This document shows, piece by piece, positions 1 to 11,800 of a stretch of 64,000 bases of DNA. Both the position numbers and the translations under genes were made by a program. The stretch is taken from NCBI GenBank assembly GCA_020184695.1, contig JAANOX010000116.1, forward strand, positions 76,750-140,749. The letters run 5' to 3'. The notes beneath the pieces were generated by a model. It was given only the letters and a program-made list of their open reading frames with translations, did no database searches and had not been told where the DNA came from. This DNA is from Histomonas meleagridis 2922-C6/04-290x (Eukaryota; Protista; Parabasalia). How positions within the stretch are numbered: position 1 is the stretch's first letter; every line of letters starts with the position of its first letter.

Positions 1-1
1 T

Positions 2-841
2 TCAACACTTCGAAAACCACGTGAGCAAATAACGCCACAAGATTTCGAGCCATATATTTTAGCCATTTTCAACAAAGATTATTATAAATTCATCACTGCA
101 TCTATTGAACAAGATCAACTTCCATTTTCATTACAAGTTATACATTCATTTGGGAAATCAATTGTATCAAAGAATGCGCGAAAAGCTAAAGTTACTTCAA
201 GTAAATCATTATGGGAATATTTCACATTTAAGCCAAAGATTCCGGAGCCATTAAATTTACTTTTCACGGAAGCAGCGCAACAAAAGTATACATTTCTATT
301 CAGACATATGTTGTTATGGAGAAGACTTGAACAAAAGTTTTGTCACGATTGGAAACTTAAAAAGACTATAAAAGAAATTAGTGTTGCGCGACACTCAATG
401 CATGTGTTTATTACCGCTTATTTAAACTTCATGACAACTATAATCGTGCATCCTTATTGGAGTACGTTCGAAAAACAAATCCAAGAAGTCGATGATATCG
501 AACACTTATGTTCTGCTCATGAACAATTATTACAACAGTTGATAAAAGGATGCTTCATCTTGAATGAAAAGATTTATAAAAGATTAACTTATATATCAAC
601 ACTTTGTTGGCATTTCGCAAAGGAGTTGAAAAAATGGAACAGATCAATAGCTAATGAAATGACAGAAATAGAAACAATGAAAAAACTGGCTGAACCTGTG
701 CTGAAGTTTTATGAGAGATTTAAAAAGGCTGTGAAGGATTTGATTCAAGAATTAACTGTTCAGGCCGAAAGAGACGTCGATCAATGCTATTTGAACTTCG
801 TTTTGTTGTGTATCACTGTAAATCCGGAATTCCAAAAGTAA
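2..841 (+). CDS. Gamma-tubulin complex component (Spc97/Spc98, GCP family), C-terminal part; 5' end lies outside the window
   Basis: Frame is open from position 2 to the stop at 841, upstream of the track start at 308. LWEYFTFKPKIPEPLNLLFTEAAQQKYTFLFRHMLLW and HSMHVFITAYLNFM...IEHLCSAHEQLL match the GCP C-terminal (GRIP2) pattern. Confidence 0.8.
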   Translation, partial: STLRKPREQITPQDFEPYILAIFNKDYYKFITASIEQDQLPFSLQVIHSFGKSIVSKNARKAKVTSSKSLWEYFTFKPKIPEPLNLLFTEAAQQKYTFLFRHMLLWRRLEQKFCHDWKLKKTIKEISVARHSMHVFITAYLNFMTTIIVHPYWSTFEKQIQEVDDIEHLCSAHEQLLQQLIKGCFILNEKIYKRLTYISTLCWHFAKELKKWNRSIANEMTEIETMKKLAEPVLKFYERFKKAVKDLIQELTVQAERDVDQCYLNFVLLCITVNPEFQK

Positions 842-1094
842 ACAAATGTTTTCATATTAATTTTTATCCTGTTTTAAGCTTCGGAATTAGGAGGCAGAAG
901 AAGAATAAAAGAAGTAAAATTTATGCATTTTATGATCAATTTAAAGTTACTTTATGTAATTCATGCCAATTTGTTGATTAAAAATACTTCTAAAGAATAC
1001 ATTTATAAATGATGAAAAAATTTCAGAGGTAAATGCAAAACTGACATGGCCAATTCGGAGGAGGTTTGAGCGGTTATTGTAGGCATTGCAAAAA

Positions 1095-1466
1095 ATGACG
1101 TCGAACCCAACCGATATCCGATTTCGTCTTAAGTTTCACAAACCTCATTACCAAATATTTGTTGGTGGTGTTAGATACTCAGCAAAAGAGGAAGAAATAC
1201 GAAATCTTTTTTCGCAATTTGGAAAAGTTATATCCGTGATAATCCCCCTCTCGAGATCAGGATATACAAAAGGATGTGCTTACGTAACTTTCACAAAAGA
1301 AGCTGATGCAAAGGAAGCTATTGCACACCTTGATAAAACAACCTTCCAAGGGAGAACTATCTATGTCGAAGAGAAAAGAGAGTACGATGAAAATCTCCCA
1401 AGGATAGATCCTAGAAATCCCGATCAACCAGGAAAATATTTCCCTCGAAAAAAATCTGATGATTAA
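1095..1466 (+). CDS. Single-RRM RNA-binding protein
   Basis: RNP2-like IFVGGV and RNP1-like KGCAYVTF. First ATG is at 1095; the track start at 1086 is TTG. Confidence 0.85.
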   Translation: MTSNPTDIRFRLKFHKPHYQIFVGGVRYSAKEEEIRNLFSQFGKVISVIIPLSRSGYTKGCAYVTFTKEADAKEAIAHLDKTTFQGRTIYVEEKREYDENLPRIDPRNPDQPGKYFPRKKSDD

Positions 1467-1940
1467 AAAATTGTTATTGAAACTTTACAATAAACTTCCA
1501 TATATTACCTGTTTTCTCCAGGGTTTGTTCATTAAGGAAAATTTGTATTTTTAGATATGGTTGCATACTTATCATTTGATTTAAATTTCTATGCTTATTT
1601 GACATAATTGAAGAAGCTATATCCTGACTACATAATGATAAGAAAATTAAAATTTTGATTCAACATTATTTGGTATTATTTTTTTATTTTTCTAATTTGA
1701 GCAATATTACACTGAGCCAAACTTAGTGTATTGTAAAATGGAAAAGGGCTTTGATTTGATGAAGAAATAATAAATATTAATTTTTTTAATCAATTATCCA
1801 AAATGGTAATTTACTTAAAAAATTATTTATTTCGTGTCGTACGACTGAAATAAAATATATAAAGAGAAGCATATATTTCTAATTTTTATATACTAAAAAT
1901 TAATATCGAGTGTTTTCAAAATAATTTTTACTGGCTAAAC

Positions 1941-2381
1941 TTAAGACTTAATTTCACGCATCAACAAGTAAACATTACGAGCAATTGGGATTTGACTTAA
2001 TGCATGTTGTTCGCCAGTCAACTTCATTAATAATCCGCCAAAAGAAACATACACAGTAGCTTTATGGTTAGCACTATCTTCTTCATAGCGGTAAACTTTT
2101 CCATACATAATATAATCAAATTTTGAAGCAAACGTTGAGTTTTGTAACATTCCTGGATGCCAGTGTGTAGAATCACTTGGTGCTTCTGTTGATATTTCTT
2201 GGGAAATAACAAGGGAAAAATATTCATCTTGCCTCATTTCATAGAGTTGTGAATTAATATCTAATATAAGTTGTGAATCACCGCTTTCGTTGCTGCAAAC
2301 AATACGTTGGATGTTATCAAAAGATCTTCCTTCAGGATCTATGGCATTTACAGTGAAGTTATCAGTAAAAAGTTCAGTCAT
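1941..2381 (-). CDS. RPB8: RNA polymerase I/II/III shared subunit RPB8 (RPABC3)
   Basis: 146 aa from ATG 2381; motifs LFTDNFTV, LILDINSQLY, FDYIMYGKVY, YVSFGGLLMKL. Confidence 0.93.
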   Translation of the reverse strand: MTELFTDNFTVNAIDPEGRSFDNIQRIVCSNESGDSQLILDINSQLYEMRQDEYFSLVISQEISTEAPSDSTHWHPGMLQNSTFASKFDYIMYGKVYRYEEDSANHKATVYVSFGGLLMKLTGEQHALSQIPIARNVYLLMREIKS

Positions 2382-2680
2382 GTTGGAAAATGCCCGACCA
2401 ATGCAATTGCCCTTAAAAGGGTAATTTCCTCGAGTCCGTTTATTATATCCAAACAAAAACAGCTTTCACCCACCAGAATCAAATGATTCCATGCAAACTT
2501 AGTCATTTTTGGTGATTGTTAATATTGGTACAATTTTTATTTAATTTCTTTTGAATCTTGTTAATTAATTTTCTATTCGAAAATTCAATATAAGACATTA
2601 CATGCCTGCTTTACTTCGAAAACACAAACCAACCATCAGATCTTAACAAGCAAGACAAAAAAATATTACCTTTATTTTAT

Positions 2681-3523
2681 CTACTTATTATCATTTTCCA
2701 GTGAATCAAGTAACTCTTGGTTACGGGAGATTCTGTTAGTCCTTCTGACCCTCCTCTTTGTTCTTGTAATTTCTTGAGAATCATCATCAGTTGGAAATGG
2801 TTCTACCAATTCCATTGGCTTCCCACCGAGCTCCATGAGCCTTGTTTCGATCTGTTTCGGTGTGTCCGGGACTTCGGCCTTTTTCCACAAATCTCTAAAA
2901 TATTGTGGCGCTTGTCTTGCTTTGAGCTCTGGGTCGAAGTAATAGTAAAGTTTGTTCTTTTTATCTTCGTCAGAGTTAAACTGACCAATTTTTCCTTCTT
3001 CTACAAGTGCAGCCAAATCTTTCTCAAATCCTTTGTATGCGCCTTGTAGGTCAGATAATTTGACGCTTTTCTCTTGTTCAAGAGTTTCTAGTAGTTGGTT
3101 GCGATCGAAAATTTCTAAATCAACACGATATGAATATAATTTTTCATTATATGTGATTCTTGGATTGTTCTTTAAAGCTTTTCGAAGACCTGGTATTGAC
3201 TTGATCTCGAATTTTTTGTTGCCCTTTTTTTGGAAATGTTCGTTGATTTCTTCTTCTGAAACTGGTGGTTGCCCATTTTCTGATCTTTCTTTTAAGTAAT
3301 TTTGAATGTTCATAATATGATAAGTAGCCATAAGGCCTTCATCTTGCGCATCTTCGGCTTGCCTACGATTTATTCCTGAAAGAAATGCTCCAGCATTCAC
3401 AGGTAATTCTGTTGATTCTGAGTTTTTTCTCCTATGTGACTTCTTCTTTTTTCGTGAGCTCATGTTTGAGTTGATATCATTGAGAAATTGTTTTGTAATG
3501 TCTTCTGTTGATTTAGCTTTCAT
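2681..3523 (-). CDS. GTF2E2: Transcription factor IIE beta subunit (TFA2/GTF2E2-like), divergent
   Basis: Tandem winged-helix pattern LKNNPRI..., IFDRNQLLETL, FRDLWKK, IETRLMELG and a basic tail RRTNRISRNQEL; this parallels TFIIE-beta (LKNNPKI, FQKLWRS, IEEYL..G, KTHNEHL, recalled). Confidence 0.72.
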   Translation of the reverse strand: MKAKSTEDITKQFLNDINSNMSSRKKKKSHRRKNSESTELPVNAGAFLSGINRRQAEDAQDEGLMATYHIMNIQNYLKERSENGQPPVSEEEINEHFQKKGNKKFEIKSIPGLRKALKNNPRITYNEKLYSYRVDLEIFDRNQLLETLEQEKSVKLSDLQGAYKGFEKDLAALVEEGKIGQFNSDEDKKNKLYYYFDPELKARQAPQYFRDLWKKAEVPDTPKQIETRLMELGGKPMELVEPFPTDDDSQEITRTKRRVRRTNRISRNQELLDSLENDNK

Positions 3524-3575
3524 TTAGCACTTTTATTGAATAAACTAAACAAATATGTCACTTTTCAATAACCAG

Positions 3576-4112
3576 ATGTGCACAAAAAGCGTTGATCAAA
3601 TTTCACAAGAAGAAAAATTAATGCACGAAAAATATATGAGAGAAGCATTAAGTATAACAGATAATGCTTATGATGAATGCGAAGTAACAATTGGGTGCGT
3701 TATTGTTCATAATTCCGAAATTATAGCTAAAGGATGGAACTTAACAAATCAACTTAACGATGCAACTAGACATGCAGAGCTTGTTGCTTTTGATGAAATC
3801 ATCTCTAAATATCCAAATGGCAAAGAAATCATACGAGAATCTACATTATATGTTACATGTGAGCCATGCATAATGTGCGCTAGCGCTATAAAAATGCTTG
3901 GTATCAAACTTGTTGTGTTTGGTTGCAAAAATGATCGCTTTGGTGGTTGTGGTTCTGTATTTTCAATTAACACAGACAAGCACATGCCGAAACTAAAGTC
4001 GTACGACTGCATCAGTGGCGTTTTGGAGGAAGAAGCTATAAATGTTTTACAGAAGTTTTATGGAAGAAAGAATCCAAAAACGCATGAAGGCGAAGAAAAT
4101 TTAATGAAATAA
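3576..4112 (+). CDS. ADAT2: tRNA-specific adenosine-34 deaminase catalytic subunit
   Basis: HAE and PCIMC zinc motifs plus NDRFGGCGSV. An Inr TCACTTT at 3558-3564 favours ATG 3576 over ATG 3555. Confidence 0.9.
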   Translation: MCTKSVDQISQEEKLMHEKYMREALSITDNAYDECEVTIGCVIVHNSEIIAKGWNLTNQLNDATRHAELVAFDEIISKYPNGKEIIRESTLYVTCEPCIMCASAIKMLGIKLVVFGCKNDRFGGCGSVFSINTDKHMPKLKSYDCISGVLEEEAINVLQKFYGRKNPKTHEGEENLMK

Positions 4113-4333
4113 GAATTATTGTTTATAAACATGTATAATAACCAAGCATTTTAGTATTTAGTTTAAAAAAAAATTGATGTGATTTCTTATTTTACTAAAA
4201 AAAAAAAAAAATTAATAAAATATTGTGCATTTATTCGGAAAAAAATGTTTTCACCGGGTCAAAGTTAAGAGTTTGGTAATAAATAATATCAATTTTGTGA
4301 AATTTGATTCGAAATTTGAAATTTCTTTTATTT

Positions 4334-4657
4334 TTAATGCGACTTAGCAGCTTCAATGAAGCCTTTAGTAAAGTCTTTGATTTGATCAAACGTGGCAAAT
4401 TTTGAAGGATGAAATGATAAAATAAAAGTTATTGTTGGTGTTGAAAATTGTTTGGCTAATTGCATTACAAGGAGATTAAGCATTTCATTTTCTTGACCCA
4501 TAAGTTGTTGTAATTCAATATCATTATCTTTTTCAGTCATTATAATATTTCCTATGCCAGGTATAGAATTGTGAATAATAACAACTGCGTTGTCTGCATA
4601 AAAAGAAATAGATATCTCAAATTCGCCTACTTGGAGCTTGGTTCTGTTTTTTTCCAT
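4334..4657 (-). CDS. Proteasome assembly chaperone 3 (PAC3/PSMG3)-like protein
   Basis: 107 aa with beta-strand pattern FYADNAVVIIH...GIGNII and LMGQENEMLNLLVMQL, resembling PAC3 LLGQDEPLIHVFAKNL (recalled). Confidence 0.5.
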   Translation of the reverse strand: MEKNRTKLQVGEFEISISFYADNAVVIIHNSIPGIGNIIMTEKDNDIELQQLMGQENEMLNLLVMQLAKQFSTPTITFILSFHPSKFATFDQIKDFTKGFIEAAKSH

Positions 4658-5138
4658 TTTGTGTCACTTTTGACTGGCTAAAAAATAAAAAACAAAATAA
4701 AAAATTCTCGTGTTCTGGCTGACTTCTGATAAAAATCCAAATCAAATATTCAAAGCTAAAATCAGATGAAATACTTACTATCTATTTTCTAAGGAACAAG
4801 GGATGACTTTATAATGATAATTATCAGATGAGAAGAATTTCACTTTTGGTAGGTGATCATAATGAAGCTTAATTACATTGAATGTATTCTACAATCAAAA
4901 TGATCTGTACTTAATAAGTTATTTGCCAATTAACTTACCCTCTCTATTTTTGGTCAAATGTTTTATCGGTTGCGGTTTTTTCGGTGAACGAAATTTAAAT
5001 GTTTGGAAATTTTTATTGAAAAATTTTGTAAATAAAATCTTGCTTTTTAATTTTAAACTGATCCAATGAATTAACTGCTGAAAAACGCGGTAGAAAAACT
5101 GTTGTGTTTAAACGGTTCAACATCATATCACAAAGAAT

Positions 5139-5759
5139 ATGCAACTAAATGTAAGAGTTATTGAAGCCCAAGGGCTTCCAAAAATGGACAAATTTGGAAA
5201 AGTTGATGGATATGTCGTTGTACAACTTAAGGGGGAAAGTCTTCAACGTAGAACAAGAGTAATTCAAAAAGAATACAATCCAAAATGGAACCAAGAATTC
5301 TCATTCCCACTTAGAAATCCAGCTACGCAGTCAGTTTTATTTACACTCAAGGATCAAGATGCTGTTGGTAATGATGATACAATTGGAACAATTGAAATTC
5401 CTATATCATCAATTCCAGCAAATATTGTTGTTGATCGTTGGTTAGACCCACGGCCAGCTCGTGGTGTTAAGAATCCAGGTAAGATTCACTTGCTATTACA
5501 TGTTGCGGATAAGAAAGTTAAACCATTTTCTGCGCCTGTTCAACCACCACCAGGTGTATATCCGCCAGCGCCGGCACCTGCAGGATATGGTGCTCCTCCT
5601 CCGCCTCCACAGCAACAAATCTACGGAGCACCACCTCCAGGTTATCCTCCTCCAGGCTACGGAGCACCTCCACCACCAGGATATGCTCCACCAGGTTATG
5701 CTCCACCTCCTCCAGGCCACGGAGCTCCACCGGGTTATGGCGCACCGTATCATCATTAG
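5139..5759 (+). CDS. C2-domain protein with C-terminal XYPPX proline-rich repeats
   Basis: N-terminal C2 domain (VRVIEAQGLPKMD...DGYV...NPKWNQEF...DQDAVGNDD) followed by repeated GYPPP/GYAPP units. Confidence 0.92.
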   Translation: MQLNVRVIEAQGLPKMDKFGKVDGYVVVQLKGESLQRRTRVIQKEYNPKWNQEFSFPLRNPATQSVLFTLKDQDAVGNDDTIGTIEIPISSIPANIVVDRWLDPRPARGVKNPGKIHLLLHVADKKVKPFSAPVQPPPGVYPPAPAPAGYGAPPPPPQQQIYGAPPPGYPPPGYGAPPPPGYAPPGYAPPPPGHGAPPGYGAPYHH

Positions 5760-5842
5760 TAAAATTCTTTTCTCTTTACCAAAAAATTGATGTACAAAAT
5801 CTAAATATTTTATATAAAAACAAATTCTATACTAACAAACAA

Positions 5843-8800
5843 TTACCAAAACGGAGCCCAACCATAATACATTTGAGCCAGATTCAACTCGTCTGTTGCC
5901 ATTTCGATTAATTTTTGCACTTGGTCATGGACGTTTAAGATCTCTCCGAATTCTTGGCCGCATAACTTATCGTTAACTCTTGCGATTGCTCTTTTCAGCA
6001 TTGCGCCTTTTTCTTCTGTTTCTCCATTCCATTTTGTTGTGAAGTCGACTGCGTTTTTATACCAAATTGTATCAGTAATCGGATCTTGAACGAATATATC
6101 TAAGAATGCCAACAACGCGTCCTTGTTCTTCCTCATTAACTTCATTACATATTCCGCCGTCATTGAGAAAACGCCATTTACGCCACTTGCGCCAAAAGCT
6201 CTTACTATCATTCTCGTCAATCTAAAAGGTACAGTTTCATGTACATAAGCTCTTAAATTTGCCTTTTCGAAACAATCACTAAAGTCAATATGTACAACAT
6301 TTCCAGTACCTTTCATCACTAATATATTCGATGGATGTCTATCGCCAATACCCATAATATAACCAATGATAGACATTAACCCATTTGATCGAGAGAAATT
6401 TGTGATTTTGTTTAACCAAATTTCGGCGTTTTGTGACTTTAACCAAAGTGTTTCACGGATGTCATCATCAGGATAACATGAACATACTTCTCGATGTAAT
6501 TCAAGTTTTTGGACAATGTTTAATCTTAAAGTCGCTTCTTTTTCACCTATGATATGATTATTCCCAACGTATTCCCTTAACATTTGTTGTTCCTTATTTT
6601 CGATAATACCTAAAACTTTCCGATGCCATGAAATCATTGAATATAATGTTTCTCCTCCTTCTGCCCAAACAATTAAACCAGCGTTTGGTGCTATAGGTAC
6701 AATTGGAACTTGTCGAATATGTAAATGTTTTTCTATTCCGAACTTATCATCATGTAATATCGAATTGGCTAATGAAAACAATTGCATTATTCGTTGATCT
6801 AATCTTAAGTCTTCTCTACCTTTTAATAAATATTTATAATTAATTCCATCGCTACCAATAATCCGTAATTTTCTTGGACGTTTTGCAGAAGGAATTAATT
6901 TCATTACATGGCCAATACTTTTAATAGTTGCTGGAGCTTTATTCACTGAATAAAACCCAGGAATAGCTAATGAGAATGGTTGATCGACAATATTTAAATC
7001 TAATTCATTAATATCAATTGTAGTAATTGCTTCCATTCGAAGTTGTAATATTGATTTAATACCATGTGATGTATTATATAATAAAACTTTATCTTTAGGC
7101 TTAATATTATTAATATTATTATTGTTTTGAAATATCGATGATAATCGATCATGATAATATGAGATTTTAGAAAATGTAAATATGTTCTTAACAAATTGTG
7201 ATTGTGTAGAATCCATTATATTTAACACTTGTTTTAATAAGTCCATAACTTCTTTCTCATATTTTTCATTCTCAGAACATGCAACTGCTCGTTCTAATAA
7301 TACTATAGCTTCTTCAACTGCTGTCACTGCTATATGTAACATAGCATTTGTAAATATTTCGGCATCTTTCATTACTTCATAATGTTTTTCACCCATTTGT
7401 TCAATAAATGTTAATAATGTTTTAGATGAAGTTGGCGTTCTTTTAACTAAACATAAAGGCATAGCTAATGCTTGAAAATGATTTATGGAAAAGTTTTCGA
7501 CTATTTTATATACTACTTTTCGTACTTCTTCATTCTTATGATCAAATTGTACCATTAATTGTGGAATGATTTGTATCACTGAAGAAGGTGATAAAGAGAT
7601 TAAATTCTTTGAGACATTTTTAAAATTTGTTAAATGTGATCCGAAAGTAAAAAATAAATTACATAAATGACATAAGAAATGTAATGATGGTCGAGTTAAT
7701 GATATTAACTTAGCAAAGCCATTAATTGCATTACTTGCATAATTAACTCGATCAATTTCATTATATTCATTATTTTGTGCACAACCTAAATTAAAAAACG
7801 CCCAATTTTTCCATGCTCTAATTTTCGTTGGTTGAATTTCAATAACTTTTTTAAGTAATGGTATAGCATTTGGATTAATAGGACATCGATTAGTATAAGA
7901 ACAAACTGCATCACAATAAATTTCATCATTAATATTCTCTTTGTTAATGATTTCAATGAATTCATCATAATTATTAATTAATTGATTATCATAACGATAT
8001 TTAGCTTGAAGTAATTTAATTTTATCATTTTCTTTTGCGTTATTATTCGTAAATAAATTATTATAACAATTATTAAATAATGTCCATTCTTGTGATCTTC
8101 TTAATGAATTAACATAATCGAAATTAATTTCAAACATTTCTTCTTCATTACATTGAAGTAATTCTCGTACTTTATGTATATAACCTAATTGTGTTGGATC
8201 ACGATTAATATAATTTGCTTTAGATTTCCATATTAATAAAATTTCTTTTGATGTAATTTTGTTTTCACGTTGATATATTATATCTTTTAACTCTTCAAAT
8301 ATCATTGATTTATAAATAATTGGTATCGATGGTTCATAAGTACCTGATAAAAATGACGAAAAATTCATTGATAACATTTTTAATCCTTTTTGTACCCATT
8401 TTTTAGCAGTATTTAATTGATTAAAATCTAATGCAACTAATGTTCTAAAGATACATGTTATAGGATCATCATTTTTAATTGACAATAAAAACTCATGTGG
8501 ATTTAACTTCGAATTTCGTGCAGCTGCTACAAAGATTATCGCTAATTGTGCTTGAATATCTTTGGAATATGTTTTAAAGTCATCAAATTTCTCGATAATA
8601 CTTTGCCAATCTTCAATTAACATTGAACATGATAAATATTTAATTAAATAATTCTCATTACATTTCGTTTCTTTCAGTTTTTGTGAATATACATCACGTG
8701 CTTGTTTCCACATTGATAATGCTTCAAGTAATTCACAATTAGAATTCGGAGATTGAACTATTGATAATAATCCTAATGCACATTCTTTACGCTTTAATAA

Positions 8801-11800
8801 TGATTGAATACGTAATAAATGTTGAATGGTTTCAATGTTTAATATCGAATTCTTTTCATAAAAACGTATTGCTATAAACCATGAATTACATCGTTCTGCA
8901 ATTTGCCCAATAATTAATGGATCTGTAAATAACGTAAATTGTGCTCGATCCATAGCTTCACATGCAGATATAATTATTTCTAAGATATTTGTAGGTGTAT
9001 GCGAATTATGTACAATTTCTAATAAATAATTGCTTAACGTACTCCTGTCGTTTTCACTTGATATGTCCCAAACAGATACAATTACAAAAGGAAATAATCC
9101 TCGTTCAAAATCAGATGAAACTCTTAATAATGGATGTGAAGCACGAATAGCAGGAGAATTAGAACATAATACAAGCTCTTGAGTAATTTGTAATAACCAA
9201 GAAGACCAATCATTTTCACTTACAGAACTTTGAAGTCTTCCACGACTAAATACTTGTGATAAAGAAGAAGGTTTTATCGAAGGTTTTGACCTAATTGGAT
9301 AAGGATCAGGTACAGCGTCGAAATTCCGTAAGAATTCAAATGCCGAATTTGAAGTAATTTCATTTAAAAACTTTGAAATTTCAGGATGTAATTCAGATAA
9401 ATTTATAGGTAATGAAAACATTATCGAAGTAAAACGTATTATTAATAATTCGATTAAACGAATTGATATATATTGTAAATGTGTTTCAGTGTTTATAAAA
9501 TTACAAGCTAAATGAAATGATGGTAAAACTATTTGAGGAAATGAACAATTACGTAATGTTTGACATAAAAATGTTATTGCGAATTCAGATGTGATATCAT
9601 TCTTATATACATATTTTTGGATTAAATCGAAATATAATCGAATTGATCCATCAGCATATATTACTATTAATGTTAATGCTAATAAATAATTTATTATGTT
9701 GTTCGAATCTTCTTCTTTTTGTATTAAATCATATATAATTTTAAATGTGTTTGGTCCATATTCTTTAAAGTTACATTTAATAGCAAAAATTAATGCACAT
9801 AAAAGTTTAATTGCATCAATACTTGTGTTCTCTTTTAAATAAGGTAAAACTAATTTATAAATATCATCTTTATATGGTAATATTGCAACATCTACAACTA
9901 ATATTATCGTAGTTAAAAAATGTAATAAGTCATCAGATGCAATTAATTCTGGTTTTACATGAAATGAATTTATTAATTTAATGACATCTTCTAAATATAT
10001 TAAACATTTTTGTGAATCACTTTGAAATATATATGTTAAAGCATTAATCAAAACAGGTAATTCATGTGGTTTGCCATCTTTTAATTGACCTAAAATATAT
10101 TTCATTACATAATTTAATGTACTTTGTTCTCGATTAGTACTATCATATAATGGATATGATTCATTAATTGGTATTGGTGTCTTAGGATTATGAAATTGAT
10201 GTGGATCTAATGCTCCAATAGTACCTAATAATTGTAATATTAATATGTTAACTCGTGAATTAGTTGATGTCTTTAAAAATTGATATAATCGTTGATGAAA
10301 TTTAACAATTTTTTTACTACTGATTAATTTAGTAATAGGAAAATTACGAAAAAGTGATTTTAACGATTCTGTAGCTGATAAATGTATTGACGTCTTTTTA
10401 TATATAAAAAATTGTTCAACAATCGATGATATTATCGAAAATAACATATCTTTATCACACGCTTTTTTATTTGCTAAAGCTGTGATGCTTTTTAATGAAT
10501 ATATTCGAATCTTTTGATCATATTTTTGTTCAAATTTATATATAACTCTTTTTGGTAATGTTAATGATGTTTCAACTTTTGAATTTAATATTTCGATTAT
10601 AAATTTTATTAAATCTGTTTGATGTGATCTTGCAAATGATCCACTGCTTTGTATGATTAATGGTAATAAAGATATTTCTTGCATTCGATCACGTTTTAAA
10701 GGTATTTGAAAATAGACAAAAGGAAATTGTTTAAGTTTTGTTTGAAAAAATTTCATTGTCGATAGCGGCGTAAAGTTCTGAATTCTGGAAATTAAATCTA
10801 ACGTTGAAATTTTGACTGAATAATTATCGTCTTCGTAAAGTTGTTCAGCCATAAAAAACAATGAATGATCTGAGAAATGTGATAATAATGAATCATCAAT
10901 CGAATTACATAATGTGATTTTTAATTTAGATGAAAGATTATTTTGGAGTGATAATAATAAAGAAAGTAATTTTTTTTGTTTTTCATAATCAAATCTATGA
11001 ATGATTATAAATAATGTTTGAATAGAAATAATTTTTATATTTTCATTAGAACTATTATTAAATATATTAAAAACAAATTCCCAATAATCTTCAATTGGAA
11101 ACTCTGTTATTATTGATAATTTCGTGATAAGTTGAAGAATACATTTTATTGAGTTATTATTCTCAAATGATTCATTAAGTTTCGGTACAAATATACTTAT
11201 AATTCGAAATGAATCTTCTTTAAATGCTGTAAAATATGACGAACAAAAATTAATTGAATACTCATTAAATTCCATATGTTGCATTTTATCTAAAAACAAA
11301 TTCCTATCAACTAACTCTGGTGAACAATCAATAATGCTAGTGGCTATAATGAAAAAACAATCCATATTATTGACTAAAGTTGGAAGAAGTGAATTACCAA
11401 AAAGGCTGAACGTTTTTGGCATAACCCTCAGAATTTTTGAATAGATCATACAAATTTTTGGGTTTTTGAAATCTATTTGATCGTTGTTCTGAAAAAGCGA
11501 TAAAATTGAGTTTGAAATTTCTTGCGCTTTATCATTGAGGACTTTGCATAGTTTAACAAGGATTTGAAGATGTTCTGGAATTGGACTTGTGTTTAAAAAT
11601 GAGATAATACTTGTGAAAATGTCGTTTGCCTTTTCATTACATACATCATTATTATTTTTGAGAAAAGATTTAAGCAGTAAAAGATATCTTGGTAATTCAG
11701 TTGGTGGGCTGTATATAATTGTGGTGATTTCTGTGGAAACTATTTGATTACCTTGTGGACTGATTTCAATAAATTGTTGAAAAAGATCAACTGCTGGCTT

